This document shows, in pieces, positions 31,698-40,822 of a stretch of DNA of 64,000 bases (the first letter of the stretch is position 1; each line of letters opens with the position of its first letter). Location: positions 57,642 through 121,641 of the forward strand of contig JBGPIA010000015.1 in NCBI GenBank assembly GCA_041484665.1, given 5' to 3'. Made by a program: the position numbers and the translations under genes. The notes under the pieces are model-generated. The model was not told the DNA's origin and searched no databases. It saw nothing but the letters and a program-made list of their open reading frames with translations. Source of the DNA: Candidatus Krumholzibacteriia bacterium (GTDB lineage Bacteria; Krumholzibacteriota; Krumholzibacteriia; JAJRXK01).

Positions 31698-31995
31698 GAG
31701 CGGTTGAGCGATCAGCAGGTCCTTGACCGCCAGCGACTCAAGCGGCCGTCATTCGTCGTTCCAACCAAGGGTGCGAGCCCGCGCTGTGCGCAGGCAGCGC
31801 ATATCCTAAGCGTGAGCAAGCACCGTACAGCCGCAACGCACGCTGGAGACGTGCGCAGGCGGAGTGCGCAGGTGGTATGCACGAGCATCGCACACTCCCG
31901 GTGCACGCAATCATCGCACGTCCGCAACGTACGCCCGCCGATGGGAACGGTCAAACGCTTTGGCATCCTTCGCTTCTGGGCGTTGAAGCGATGCG

Positions 31996-33084
31996 CTAGC
32001 GTTTCCCGTGGGCGCCCGCCGCCGCCAGCCGCTCGCGCGCCTGCCTCATGGCCGCTTCGTGCGGATCGATGTCCTCCGCGCGCGCCCGCGCGAGGACCGC
32101 GCGCAGCGTCGTGGCGATCCCGCGTACCCGCTGCTGCGCCTGCTCCGCAGACCACCCCAAGGCCTCCATGCCGGTGATCGCGACCGCGCCTCCACTGTTG
32201 ATGGCGAAGTCGGGCGCATAGAGGATGCCGCGCTGGCGCAGCGACTGCGCGTCGGACGGCTGGGCAAGCTGGTTGTTGGCCGCGCCCGCGATTGCACGGC
32301 AGCGCAGGCGCGGGATCGTCTGGGCGTTGAGCGTGCCGCCCAGCGCGCACGGTGCCAGGATGTCGCAGGCGAAGTCCGGCACGGCGTCCGGGGCAACGAA
32401 CGTGACGCCCCGGCGGCGCCGCCAGAGGTCGACGGCCACGGCGTCGATGTCGGCAAATGCCGCGCGGGCGCCCGCTTCCAGCAACAGCTCGATCAACTGG
32501 CTCCCGACGCTGCCCGCGCCCTGCACCAGCACGCTGCGTCCACGCAGCGAGGGCTCGCCGAACAGCTCCTCGGCCACGGCTTGCATGGCGCTGAGCACGC
32601 CCAGCGCCGTGGCCCAGGCCGAGTCGCCGGCGCCGCCTTGCTGCGGCGTGCGGGAGAAGACCCATGGCCCCGCGGTCTGCGCCACGATGTCCATGTCGGC
32701 GGGGCCGGTGCCCACGTCGGGTCCGGCCTGGTACCTTCCGCCGAGCTCGTGCACGATGCGGCCGTAGCGCTGCAGCAGGCCGGCGCGCTCGGCGGAGGAC
32801 AGTGGGCGCGTCAGGCCGAGCACCGCTTTGCCCCCGCCGCGCGGGAAGTCGGCCAGCGCGAACTTCCAGGTCATCATGGCCGAGAGCTGGAGCGCGTCGC
32901 GCAGCGCTGCGTGGAAACTGGCGTAGGGCATCAGGCGCGTGCCGCCCGTGGCCGGGCCCAGGCGCGAGCTGTGCAGCGCGATGACGATCCAGGCTTCGGT
33001 CGGCCGGTCGACCTGCGCGAGAAGGCGCTCGCCGCCCCAGGCCTGCACCGCCGCCGAGTCGAGGATCGCGTCGTCGCCGCTCAG
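31996..33084 (-). CDS. Leu/Phe/Val-type amino acid dehydrogenase
   Basis: GPATGGTR, MTWK, GGGK, GPDVGT, VQGAGSVG, GAANNQL and PDFAINSGG. Start is CTG 33084 or GTG 33048. Confidence 0.92.
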   Translation of the reverse strand: MSGDDAILDSAAVQAWGGERLLAQVDRPTEAWIVIALHSSRLGPATGGTRLMPYASFHAALRDALQLSAMMTWKFALADFPRGGGKAVLGLTRPLSSAERAGLLQRYGRIVHELGGRYQAGPDVGTGPADMDIVAQTAGPWVFSRTPQQGGAGDSAWATALGVLSAMQAVAEELFGEPSLRGRSVLVQGAGSVGSQLIELLLEAGARAAFADIDAVAVDLWRRRRGVTFVAPDAVPDFACDILAPCALGGTLNAQTIPRLRCRAIAGAANNQLAQPSDAQSLRQRGILYAPDFAINSGGAVAITGMEALGWSAEQAQQRVRGIATTLRAVLARARAEDIDPHEAAMRQARERLAAAGAHGKR

Positions 33085-33605
33085 AGGTAACGCTCCCGCA
33101 GTACCGCGACGTGGTGGCGCTCGTGGCCGGCGATGATATAGGGAATCGCGCGGGCGGTGATGGCGCGGTTGTTGGCGGTGCCGCGATGGTCCCAGGCCTG
33201 CGGGGCAACGCTCTCGAACAGCGTGACGTTGGCAGCGCGCAAGTGCGACCACTCCTCGGCCAGGCTGCGCAGGGAGCGCCCGTCGAAACCGGCGCCGGCC
33301 ACGTAGGCATTCTCATCGAATCCGGGTAGCGGCCCGGTCTCGCCGCGCGCGATGGCCAGTGCGCGGTACGCGAAGATGCGCTCGGTATCGATGACATGGC
33401 CGACGACTTCCTTCACGCTCCACTTTCCGGGCGCGTAGCGGTAGGCCGCCTTGGCGTCGGGCATTGCGGTCAGCAGCGCGAGCGCGTCGTGCAGCTGCGA
33501 GCGCAGCCTCTGCAGGATGTCTCCGGCGGGGACGCGCGCGATGTAGCCGGAATAGTACGGAGGGTACTCGGTGGGCAGGGGGCGGACGGGTCCTGGAATG
33601 GGCAT
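33081..33605 (-). CDS. DinB family protein
   Basis: YRYAPGKWSVKEVVGHVIDTERIFAYRAL and IAGHERHH. Confidence 0.92.
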   Translation of the reverse strand: MPIPGPVRPLPTEYPPYYSGYIARVPAGDILQRLRSQLHDALALLTAMPDAKAAYRYAPGKWSVKEVVGHVIDTERIFAYRALAIARGETGPLPGFDENAYVAGAGFDGRSLRSLAEEWSHLRAANVTLFESVAPQAWDHRGTANNRAITARAIPYIIAGHERHHVAVLRERYL

Positions 33606-34386
33606 GGCGGTGGATCCTGCCTGTGGCGTGCTGGAGCGGCCCGGCCGAGCCGCGACCTGGAGCCGAAGGAGCCATGATAGGGCACGACGCCCGGGGGTTC
33701 CAGGGGGCGCGTTGAGCCGGGCGGGCGCACGATTGGGCAGGCGCGTGCACGGGCTCGCGTCCGGCCGGGCGCGCGGGTGGGTGGGCCCCCGCCGGCCCAG
33801 CCCGGTCAGGCGTCGGGCGGAGACCTGCTGTCTCCGGCCCTCCGGTGCGCTTTCGCGGTTCGGGCTGGCGACGTGCGCGCGTGCGGGGTGGCAGCATCTC
33901 AGGAACCTCCCGGTCGGCCGTTCGCAGTCGGCCTAGGTCCCGTGGGCCCACCGTCTCCCCTTGCCGACGTTCGCATCCGCTCGTTGGGGACACCCCGCGG
34001 GCGATCGATCCGGCCGTTCGCAGTCACGTGGGTACGACGGACGGCCCGGATGCGTTCACCGACGTTCGCCGCCTCCTCCATTGCGCGCCCAGTCCACGCA
34101 TCCACACGGACGTTCGCCGCCGAGCGCACTCCCAAGCTCTGCTGCGCGAATGGTTCGATATTCGCAGTCGGGATCGCCGGGCCTGACCCAGGCCGGCACC
34201 GTGAGTCCCTACAGTTGCCCACCGCTTTGATCACGACCGACGACATCGTAGGCCCCCAACGCGCCATGGCATGGCGCGTGCCGAACACCATGAGAAGAAT
34301 TGCAATCAGCGCGCGCACAAGTATTTGTGCGATAACGAGTTGCCAGGGCGCGGCTGAGCGGCTCAGAAGTCAGTGCCGCCCCGCTG

Positions 34387-34448
34387 CCCGGGAGACAGGA
34401 CACATCCCGGGAAACAGGACACCTGGTGTCAACAGGGGCGACACTACA
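34387..34448. mobile_element. Possible transposon/IS end remnant
   Basis: 17-bp direct repeats CCCGGGA(G/A)ACAGGACAC at 34387-34403 and 34406-34422, then GACACTACA (TGTAGTGTC on the minus strand). No transposase nearby. Confidence 0.3.
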
Positions 34449-34543
34449 CGGTGATACTGCGCGGTGCCTGATGCGCCAGCGCATGGGGCGCCGCATCCGT
34501 CACCCCGCTCGCGCGTGGGGGCGGGTCAGCGCTCCCCTCGGCC

Positions 34544-35314
34544 TCAGCCGCCCGAACGCGTCCCCGGCTTCTCCACCCAGAACCTCAGCCGCACGTAGTC
34601 CGCGATCCAGACGCCGTCGGAGCTGCACAGTTTCGGCCGCAGCTCGTCGCAGACCTCACGCAGCATCGCCGCTCGCTCACCCTCCGGCACCGCCGCCGCG
34701 AAGCTGCCCGCAAATGTCTCTAGCCAGCCCATCAGATCCCCCGGCAGCCGCGTGGGCCGCGGGAAGTACTCCATCGACCTCACCACGAAGCCCTGTCCCT
34801 CCAGCAGCGCGCGGTACTCTCCGGGTTTGGGGAAGGTCCACGGAACGGCCGTGCGCGGGTCGACGCTGCGGCGCCTCAGGGCCCTTTCCAGAGCCGCGAC
34901 GATCGTGGCGATGTTGCCGTCGCCGCCCATTTCTGCGACGAAACGGCCGCCGGGCCGCAGCGCCCGCCACACCCCGGCGTGCACTGCGTCCTGCCGGGGC
35001 ATCCAGTGCAGGGCCGCATTGGAGAAGACCGCGTCGAACTCGGCAGCAAACGGCAGCGCGTGGGCGTCGACCACGCGGGCATCGAGGCCCCGCCGTCGCG
35101 CCACCTCGACCTGGGCGGCGCTGCCGTCGACCCCGACGACGACGCACCCGGGCGCGACGAGCTTCTCCGTCAGCGCGCCGTCGCCGCAGCCCAGGTCGAG
35201 GATGCGCTCGCCGCGCCGCGGAGCGAGCAGCTCCACCACGGGCTGGCCGAGCTCCGGCACGAAGCGCCCGTGATCGGCGTAGCGACGCGGGTCCCAGTCC
35301 TGGGTGGAGGTCAT
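34544..35314 (-). CDS. Class I SAM-dependent methyltransferase (Tam-like)
   Basis: ILDLGCGDG, FDAVFSNAALHW, LRPGGRFVAE and ADYVRLRF. Confidence 0.93.
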   Translation of the reverse strand: MTSTQDWDPRRYADHGRFVPELGQPVVELLAPRRGERILDLGCGDGALTEKLVAPGCVVVGVDGSAAQVEVARRRGLDARVVDAHALPFAAEFDAVFSNAALHWMPRQDAVHAGVWRALRPGGRFVAEMGGDGNIATIVAALERALRRRSVDPRTAVPWTFPKPGEYRALLEGQGFVVRSMEYFPRPTRLPGDLMGWLETFAGSFAAAVPEGERAAMLREVCDELRPKLCSSDGVWIADYVRLRFWVEKPGTRSGG

Positions 35315-35374
35315 GTCAGCTGCGTGCCCCGAAACGCATTGATCGGGAAACAGCACTCCGTCGGGAGAGAGCCT

Positions 35375-36850
35375 TCAGTCGAGATCCGTCAACCCACCCG
35401 GGACCTGGTCGCGCCCGGCTGCCACGCGGTCGTTCCAGGTCTCCGCCTGCGGCGCCCGCCGCCGCTCGACCATGGTGATGCAGCTGTCCACCGGGCACAC
35501 CAGCGCGCACAGGTTGCAGCCGACGCACTCGTCGACGTCGACCCAGGGGACGTGGAGGGCGCCGTCCCCGTTCCCGGAGCGGGCCGGGGCCGGCGGCTTC
35601 GCAGCACCTTTGGCTCCCGCCACCGTGTTCGCCACGGCCGCTGCCGCTGCCGCCGCCATCGTCGCCGCCGCCGAGATCGCACCACGCGACGCGCGGGGTG
35701 CCGCAGCCGCTGTGGCACCCGGTGACGCCCCTGACGCCACCCCCAGTGCCGCGCCGGACGCCTCCCGTGGGTAGATGCACTGGTGGGCGCCGTCCCAGCA
35801 CGCCACGACGCACAGCTGGCACCCGATGCACAGACTTGCGTTGATCTCGGCGATCACGTGGTAGTTCAAGTCGAGCTCGCCCCACTCCTTGAACGCCGGT
35901 ACGGCGCGGCCGATCAGCTCGCGCACGCTGCGCATCCCCTTCTCGGCGAGATACCCATCCAGCCCGTCGATCATGTCCTCCACGATGCGGTAGCCGTGGT
36001 GCATCACCGCGGTGCACACCTGCAGGCTGCTGGCGCCCAGCGCCAGGAACTCCGCCGCGTCGCGCCAGGTGGCGATCCCGCCGATGCCGCTGATCGGCAG
36101 GCCGAACTGGGGATCCCGCGCCAGCTCGGCGACCATCCGCAGCGCGATCGGCTTGACGGCCGGCCCGCAGTAACCCCCGTGCGTCCCAGCGCCGGCGACG
36201 CGCGGCAGCGGCGCGAAGCGGTCCAGGTCGACTCCGATCACGCTCTTGATGGTATTGATCAGCGAAACCGCGTTGGCCCCGCCCGCCTTGGCCGCCAGCG
36301 CGGGCTCACCGATCTCGCTGACGTTGGGCGTGAGCTTGGCGATGACCGGGATCGAGGTCGCCTCCATCACCCAACCGACCAGCTCGGTCAGGACCTTGGG
36401 CTCCTGCCCGACTGCCGAGCCCATGCCGCGCTCGCACATCCCGTGCGGGCATCCGAAGTTCAGCTCGAGCCCATCGGCACCCGCGTCCTCGCAGCGCTTG
36501 ATGATGTCCACCCACTCCGCGCGCGGCCCGAACATCAAAGAGACAATCACCGCGTGTCTCGGGTAGCGCCGCTTGACAAGGGCGATCTCGCGCAGGTTGT
36601 CGCGCAGCGACCGGTCCGTGATGAGCTCGATGTTGTTGAGCCCGACCACCCTGCGGTCCGCCACGTCGACCGCCCCGAGCCGGCTGCTGACGTTCACGAT
36701 GGGATTGCCCAGCGTCTTCCAGACGGCGCCGCCCCATCCGGCATCGAAGGCCCGCATGACCTGATCGCCGCTGTTCGTCGGCGGTCCCGAGGCCAGCCAG
36801 AATGGGTTGGGGCTCTTGATGCCCGCGAAGTCGATGGACAGATCCGGCAT
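35375..36850 (-). CDS. preA: NAD-dependent dihydropyrimidine dehydrogenase subunit PreA
   Basis: NPFWLASGPP, GLNNIELI, LNFGCPHGMCERGMGSAVGQ, KLTPN, GGYCGPAVKPIAL and two CxxCxxCxxxC clusters. Confidence 0.96.
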   Translation of the reverse strand: MPDLSIDFAGIKSPNPFWLASGPPTNSGDQVMRAFDAGWGGAVWKTLGNPIVNVSSRLGAVDVADRRVVGLNNIELITDRSLRDNLREIALVKRRYPRHAVIVSLMFGPRAEWVDIIKRCEDAGADGLELNFGCPHGMCERGMGSAVGQEPKVLTELVGWVMEATSIPVIAKLTPNVSEIGEPALAAKAGGANAVSLINTIKSVIGVDLDRFAPLPRVAGAGTHGGYCGPAVKPIALRMVAELARDPQFGLPISGIGGIATWRDAAEFLALGASSLQVCTAVMHHGYRIVEDMIDGLDGYLAEKGMRSVRELIGRAVPAFKEWGELDLNYHVIAEINASLCIGCQLCVVACWDGAHQCIYPREASGAALGVASGASPGATAAAAPRASRGAISAAATMAAAAAAAVANTVAGAKGAAKPPAPARSGNGDGALHVPWVDVDECVGCNLCALVCPVDSCITMVERRRAPQAETWNDRVAAGRDQVPGGLTDLD

Positions 36851-36864
36851 GATCCGCTCCCGTG

Positions 36865-38184
36865 CTAGCTGCGCCGCAGCATCGCGTCGATCGCCCGCGC
36901 CGCCCGCTGCCCCTCTGCCGCTGCGTTGACGACTTCCTTGCCGCCGTTCATGCAGTCGCCGCCGGTGAACACGCGGGAGTTGCCCGTGGCCCCGGTGGCC
37001 GGGTTGGCGACGACGTGACCGTCGCGATCGCACTCGACGCCTTGGAACTGCCGCGCCAGCTGCATCATGCGCTCCTGCCCGGTCGCCACCACCAGCAAGT
37101 CGGCGGGCAGAGTGTGGAACACGCGGTCGGTGGGGCGGCCCTCCTCGGTCTCCACCAGCACGACGCCCTTCACGCGCCCCGCTCCGTCGCGCACGACCTC
37201 GCGAATGGTGGCGTTCTCCAGGAACACGACGCCCAACTTCTTGGCCCCATCCAGCTCGTGCGGGTAGCCGGGCATCTCGCGTCGCGAGCGGCGGTAGACC
37301 AAGTGCACCGTGGGAACGGCGAGGCTCGCCAACTCCTGCGCCACGTCCAGCGCGGTGTTGCCGCCGCCCACGACCACCGCGTGCAGCACGCCGGCGAGCT
37401 TGAGCTGCGGGTCGACCTTCATGCGGCGGATCCAGGCCACCGCGCCCACCACGCCTTCGCCGCCACCGCCGGGGATACCCCGCAGCGAGTCGTCCCCCAG
37501 GCCCAGCCCCAGGAATGCGGCGTCGTGGCGCTCCAGCAGCTCGGCCGGCGTCAAATCGTGGCCGATGTCGATGCCGGTATGGATCTCCACGCCCAGCTCG
37601 CGCACGAACTCGACTTCGGCCAGCGCCGCCTCGACCGCCATCTTGTAGGGCGCAACGCCCGTCGTATTCAGCCCGCCCGGCAGCGGGGATCGCTCGTAGA
37701 CCACGGCCTGGTGGCCCAGCAGCGCGAGCGTGCCGGCGCAGGCGAGCGAGGCCGGCCCGCCGCCCACGAGCCCCACCGAGAACCCGCTGGGGGGCGCCTT
37801 CGCAAGCAGGTCCACCGCGGCGCCGTGATCCATGGCGTAGCGTTGCAGGCGTCCGATCTCGATCGGCTTGCGCCCCCAGCGTACGTAGACGCAGTCACCC
37901 TCGCACAGCACTTCGACGGGGCAGACACGCGCGCAGCTTGCCCCCAGCAGATTCGCCTGCAGGATCGTGCGCGCCGAGCCACGGAGATTGTCCGTTGTGA
38001 TCTTGCGGATGAAGGTGGGAATATCGATCGCCGTCGGGCAGGCGCTGATGCACGGGGCACCCGAGCAGTACAGGCAGCGACTGCCCTCCGCCAGCGCCTC
38101 GCCGCGCGTGAACGCCGGCTTCTTCTCCCCGAACTGCGATTCGAGGCGTCCCGGCGGGACCGGATAGGAGCTGGACGTTGCCAT
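36865..38184 (-). CDS. preT: Dihydropyrimidine dehydrogenase subunit PreT (GltD-like)
   Basis: RCLYC..APC..ACP, CARVCP...LCEG.C, GGGPA and GGGNTALD. Adjacent to preA. Confidence 0.93.
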   Translation of the reverse strand: MATSSSYPVPPGRLESQFGEKKPAFTRGEALAEGSRCLYCSGAPCISACPTAIDIPTFIRKITTDNLRGSARTILQANLLGASCARVCPVEVLCEGDCVYVRWGRKPIEIGRLQRYAMDHGAAVDLLAKAPPSGFSVGLVGGGPASLACAGTLALLGHQAVVYERSPLPGGLNTTGVAPYKMAVEAALAEVEFVRELGVEIHTGIDIGHDLTPAELLERHDAAFLGLGLGDDSLRGIPGGGGEGVVGAVAWIRRMKVDPQLKLAGVLHAVVVGGGNTALDVAQELASLAVPTVHLVYRRSRREMPGYPHELDGAKKLGVVFLENATIREVVRDGAGRVKGVVLVETEEGRPTDRVFHTLPADLLVVATGQERMMQLARQFQGVECDRDGHVVANPATGATGNSRVFTGGDCMNGGKEVVNAAAEGQRAARAIDAMLRRS

Positions 38185-38189
38185 AGCGT

Positions 38190-38275
38190 GCGCTTGCGAC
38201 TTGGGGACTTCGGGGCTGGGGGCTTTGCGGCTTCCGGGATTTCGGGACTTGGGGATCCAGGGATTCGGCGATCAC
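38190..38275. repeat. Degenerate octamer-period intergenic tandem repeat
   Basis: gacttggg gacttcgg ggctgggg gctttgcg gcttccgg gatttcgg gacttggg gatccagg gattcggc. Confidence 0.6.
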
Positions 38276-39609
38276 AGCTCCAGCGTGGCGAAAGACTCCC
38301 GCAGGATCCGCAGCGCGTCGTCCACGTGGGCGGCCTGCACCGTGAGCGGCGGCGAGATGCGCACGCAATTGCCGAACAGCCCGCCGCGCCCGATCAAGAG
38401 CCCCCGCTTCTTGGTCTCCTCGAACAGCCGCCCGACGGCCGCGCCATCGGGAGTGCGGTCGCCCTGCTGCTCGTTCTTGACCAGCTCGAGGGCCTGCATC
38501 AGGCCCTTGCCGCGCACGTCGCCGATCACCTTGGGGTGACGGCGCTTGAGCTCCTCGAGCCCATCGCGCAGGCGCTGGCCCTGGCGCTCCGCGTTGCCCT
38601 TGAGATCCTCCTCCTCCATGACCTCCAGGGTCGCGTTCGCCGCTGCGCACGACATGGGATTGCCCCCGAACGTCGAGATCGTCGATTTCTTGAAGGAGCT
38701 GGCGATCTCATCGGTTGCGATCGTGACGCCCAGAGGCATCCCGTTGGCGACGCCCTTGGCCATCGTCATGATGTCGGGCTCCACGCCCCAGTGCTCGATC
38801 CCGAACATCTTTCCCCCCGTGCGGCCGAAACCCGTCTGCACCTCATCACAGATGAAGACGCCCCCGTACCGCCGCACGATGTCTACGGCGAGCTTGAAGT
38901 ACTCCGGCGGAGGGGTGATGAAGCCGCCGACCCCCTGGATGGGCTCGGCCAGCAACCCGGCGACCTTTCCCACGGTGGTGGTCTGGATCAGCTCCTCGAT
39001 GTCCTGGGCGCACTTGACCTCGCAACTGGGATACTTCAATCCCAGCGGACACCGGTAGCAATACGGCGACACTGCGTGCTTCACGCTGGCGATCTGCGTC
39101 GGAATCGCGCGCCATGGAGAATGCCCGGTCAGCGCCTGGGCCAGCATGCTCCGGCCGGAGTAGCCATAGCGGAGCGCCACGATCTCCTGCGCGCCCGTGT
39201 ACACCTGCGCCAGCACCACGGCGGTCTCGTCGGCTTCGGTCCCCGACGCGGTGAAGTAGCTCTTCTTGAGCTTGCCGGGCGTGATGCGGGCGAGCCGCTC
39301 CGCCAGCTCGACGGCGGGCAGCGTTGGATAGAGCGTCGATACGTGCCCCAGCCGGTCGATCTGGGCTTTCAGCGCCGCGGTGACCCGCTCATCGCAGTGC
39401 CCGATGCTGACCGTGAGGATGCCGCCGAAGAAATCGAGGAACTCCCTCCCCTCGGTATCGCGCAGGAACATCCCCTTGCCGCTCTCGAGCACGAGCGGCT
39501 CCTGGTAGTAGTTCGCCGTCGCCGGGAACAGGAACTCCTTATGCTTGCGCCGCACCTCGTCGGCGAGGCTCTTGCCGAGGGCCGTCTTCGTCTCTGTCTT
39601 GCTCATCAC
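38272..39609 (-). CDS. Class III PLP aminotransferase (beta-alanine transaminase-like)
   Basis: SGTEADE, AEPIQGVGG, DEVQTGFGRTG, TMAKG and STFGGNP. Lies within the pyrimidine catabolism operon. Confidence 0.9.
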   Translation of the reverse strand: MMSKTETKTALGKSLADEVRRKHKEFLFPATANYYQEPLVLESGKGMFLRDTEGREFLDFFGGILTVSIGHCDERVTAALKAQIDRLGHVSTLYPTLPAVELAERLARITPGKLKKSYFTASGTEADETAVVLAQVYTGAQEIVALRYGYSGRSMLAQALTGHSPWRAIPTQIASVKHAVSPYCYRCPLGLKYPSCEVKCAQDIEELIQTTTVGKVAGLLAEPIQGVGGFITPPPEYFKLAVDIVRRYGGVFICDEVQTGFGRTGGKMFGIEHWGVEPDIMTMAKGVANGMPLGVTIATDEIASSFKKSTISTFGGNPMSCAAANATLEVMEEEDLKGNAERQGQRLRDGLEELKRRHPKVIGDVRGKGLMQALELVKNEQQGDRTPDGAAVGRLFEETKKRGLLIGRGGLFGNCVRISPPLTVQAAHVDDALRILRESFATLEL

Positions 39610-39834
39610 AAGTACCTCGTTGTGATCTACGGGGAGTTGACCGATCCGCTCCCAGCGTGGTCACCGGCGCCGCCACTCATGCCGGCGAGTTGGTGGCCGG
39701 TTGGCCCCAGGGGATTCTCCGCTCGACGTCATCGCCCCGCGGCCACGTGCCCACTGCAGCGACGGCGCCCCAAGCCCCTGGGACCAGCCGGCCGCAATCA
39801 TCGCGCAAACGCGAGCGCCAGCTGGCGACACCTC

Positions 39835-40704
39835 CTAGAGCAGGTCGGTCATCTCCCCGTATGTCTCAGGACGACGGTCGCGATAGAACTGCCAGATGCG
39901 TCTGACCTCCTCGATCAGCTCGAGATTGAGGTCGGCGGTGACCAGCGCGTCCTGGTCCTCCGGCCCCTCGGCCACGACGCTCCCCCGTGGGTCCACGAAG
40001 TACGAGTGCCCGTAGAATTTCCCGATGTTCCACGGCTCCTCGACGCCCACGCGGTTCAACGCGCCCATGAAGTAGCCGTTGGCCACGGCGTGGGCGGGCT
40101 GCTCGAGCTTCCACAGGTACTGCGACAGGCCGGCCACGGTCGCTGATGGGTTGAATACGATCTCGGCGCCCTTGAGGCCCAAAAGCCGCGCTCCCTCGGG
40201 GAAGTGCCGGTCGTAGCAGATGTACACGCCGATCATGGCGTGCTGCGTCTGGAACACCGGATAGCCCAGATTGCCGGGTTTGAAGAAGTACTTCTCCCAG
40301 AATCCGGCCGTGTGCGGGATGTGGTTCTTGCGGTACTTGCCCAGATACGTCCCGTCGGCGTCGATCACCGCGGCGCTGTTGTAGTAGACGCCGGCCTGCT
40401 CGCGCTCGAACACGGGCACCACCATCGCCATCCCGTACCTGCGCGCCAGCGGCACCAGCGCCTCGAGCGTGGGCCCAGGGATGGCCTCGGCCGCCTCGTA
40501 CCAGCGCGCGTCCTGGCTGGGGCAGAAGTACGGCCCGTTGAAGATCTCCTGCAGGCAGAGCACCTGCACGCCGGCCTTGCCCGCCTTCTCGATCCAGGGG
40601 ATGTGCTTCTCCAGCGCCGCCGCCTGGATCTCCTTCACCGGACGGGTCTCGTCGTTGATCGGGTTGGAGCACTGGATCAATCCGCCGCGAACGATGCGTG
40701 CCAT
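39835..40704 (-). CDS. Beta-ureidopropionase (nitrilase family)
   Basis: LQEIF, YRKNHIP, FWEKYFF.PGN and ICYDRHFPE, giving the E-K-C triad. Confidence 0.92.
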   Translation of the reverse strand: MARIVRGGLIQCSNPINDETRPVKEIQAAALEKHIPWIEKAGKAGVQVLCLQEIFNGPYFCPSQDARWYEAAEAIPGPTLEALVPLARRYGMAMVVPVFEREQAGVYYNSAAVIDADGTYLGKYRKNHIPHTAGFWEKYFFKPGNLGYPVFQTQHAMIGVYICYDRHFPEGARLLGLKGAEIVFNPSATVAGLSQYLWKLEQPAHAVANGYFMGALNRVGVEEPWNIGKFYGHSYFVDPRGSVVAEGPEDQDALVTADLNLELIEEVRRIWQFYRDRRPETYGEMTDLL

Positions 40705-40822
40705 GGAACTCCTTTGGATGCGTCACGCTCGGCCGCCGGCGGGAGCTGCGCGCGCCGGCGGCACGCCCGCCAGAAGCGCGGCGGGCTCCGTCCCGCCGTA
40801 CGGGTCGCCCGATCGCACGCCC

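Noticed and set aside
31712..31990. Cys-rich reading frame upstream of the SGNH gene
   Set aside because: No clear RBS or domain pattern; it is only the tail of a shadow ORF.
33640..33700. GCCGAAGGAGC segment as SRP RNA or a riboswitch
   Set aside because: It lacks the SRP helix context; more likely the dinB promoter/leader (TATCAT on the minus strand).
38190..38275. Short periodic arrays (also 7650-7750, 45249-45281, 48100-48260) as CRISPR
   Set aside because: No constant 23-47 bp repeats with unique spacers and no cas genes.
36862..40146. Long antisense or alternative-frame ORFs (1094 aa here; also 42658-45201, 49076-51778, 9888-12260, 61380-62423)
   Set aside because: These are shadow ORFs of real genes, expected in high-GC DNA, with no recognisable motifs.
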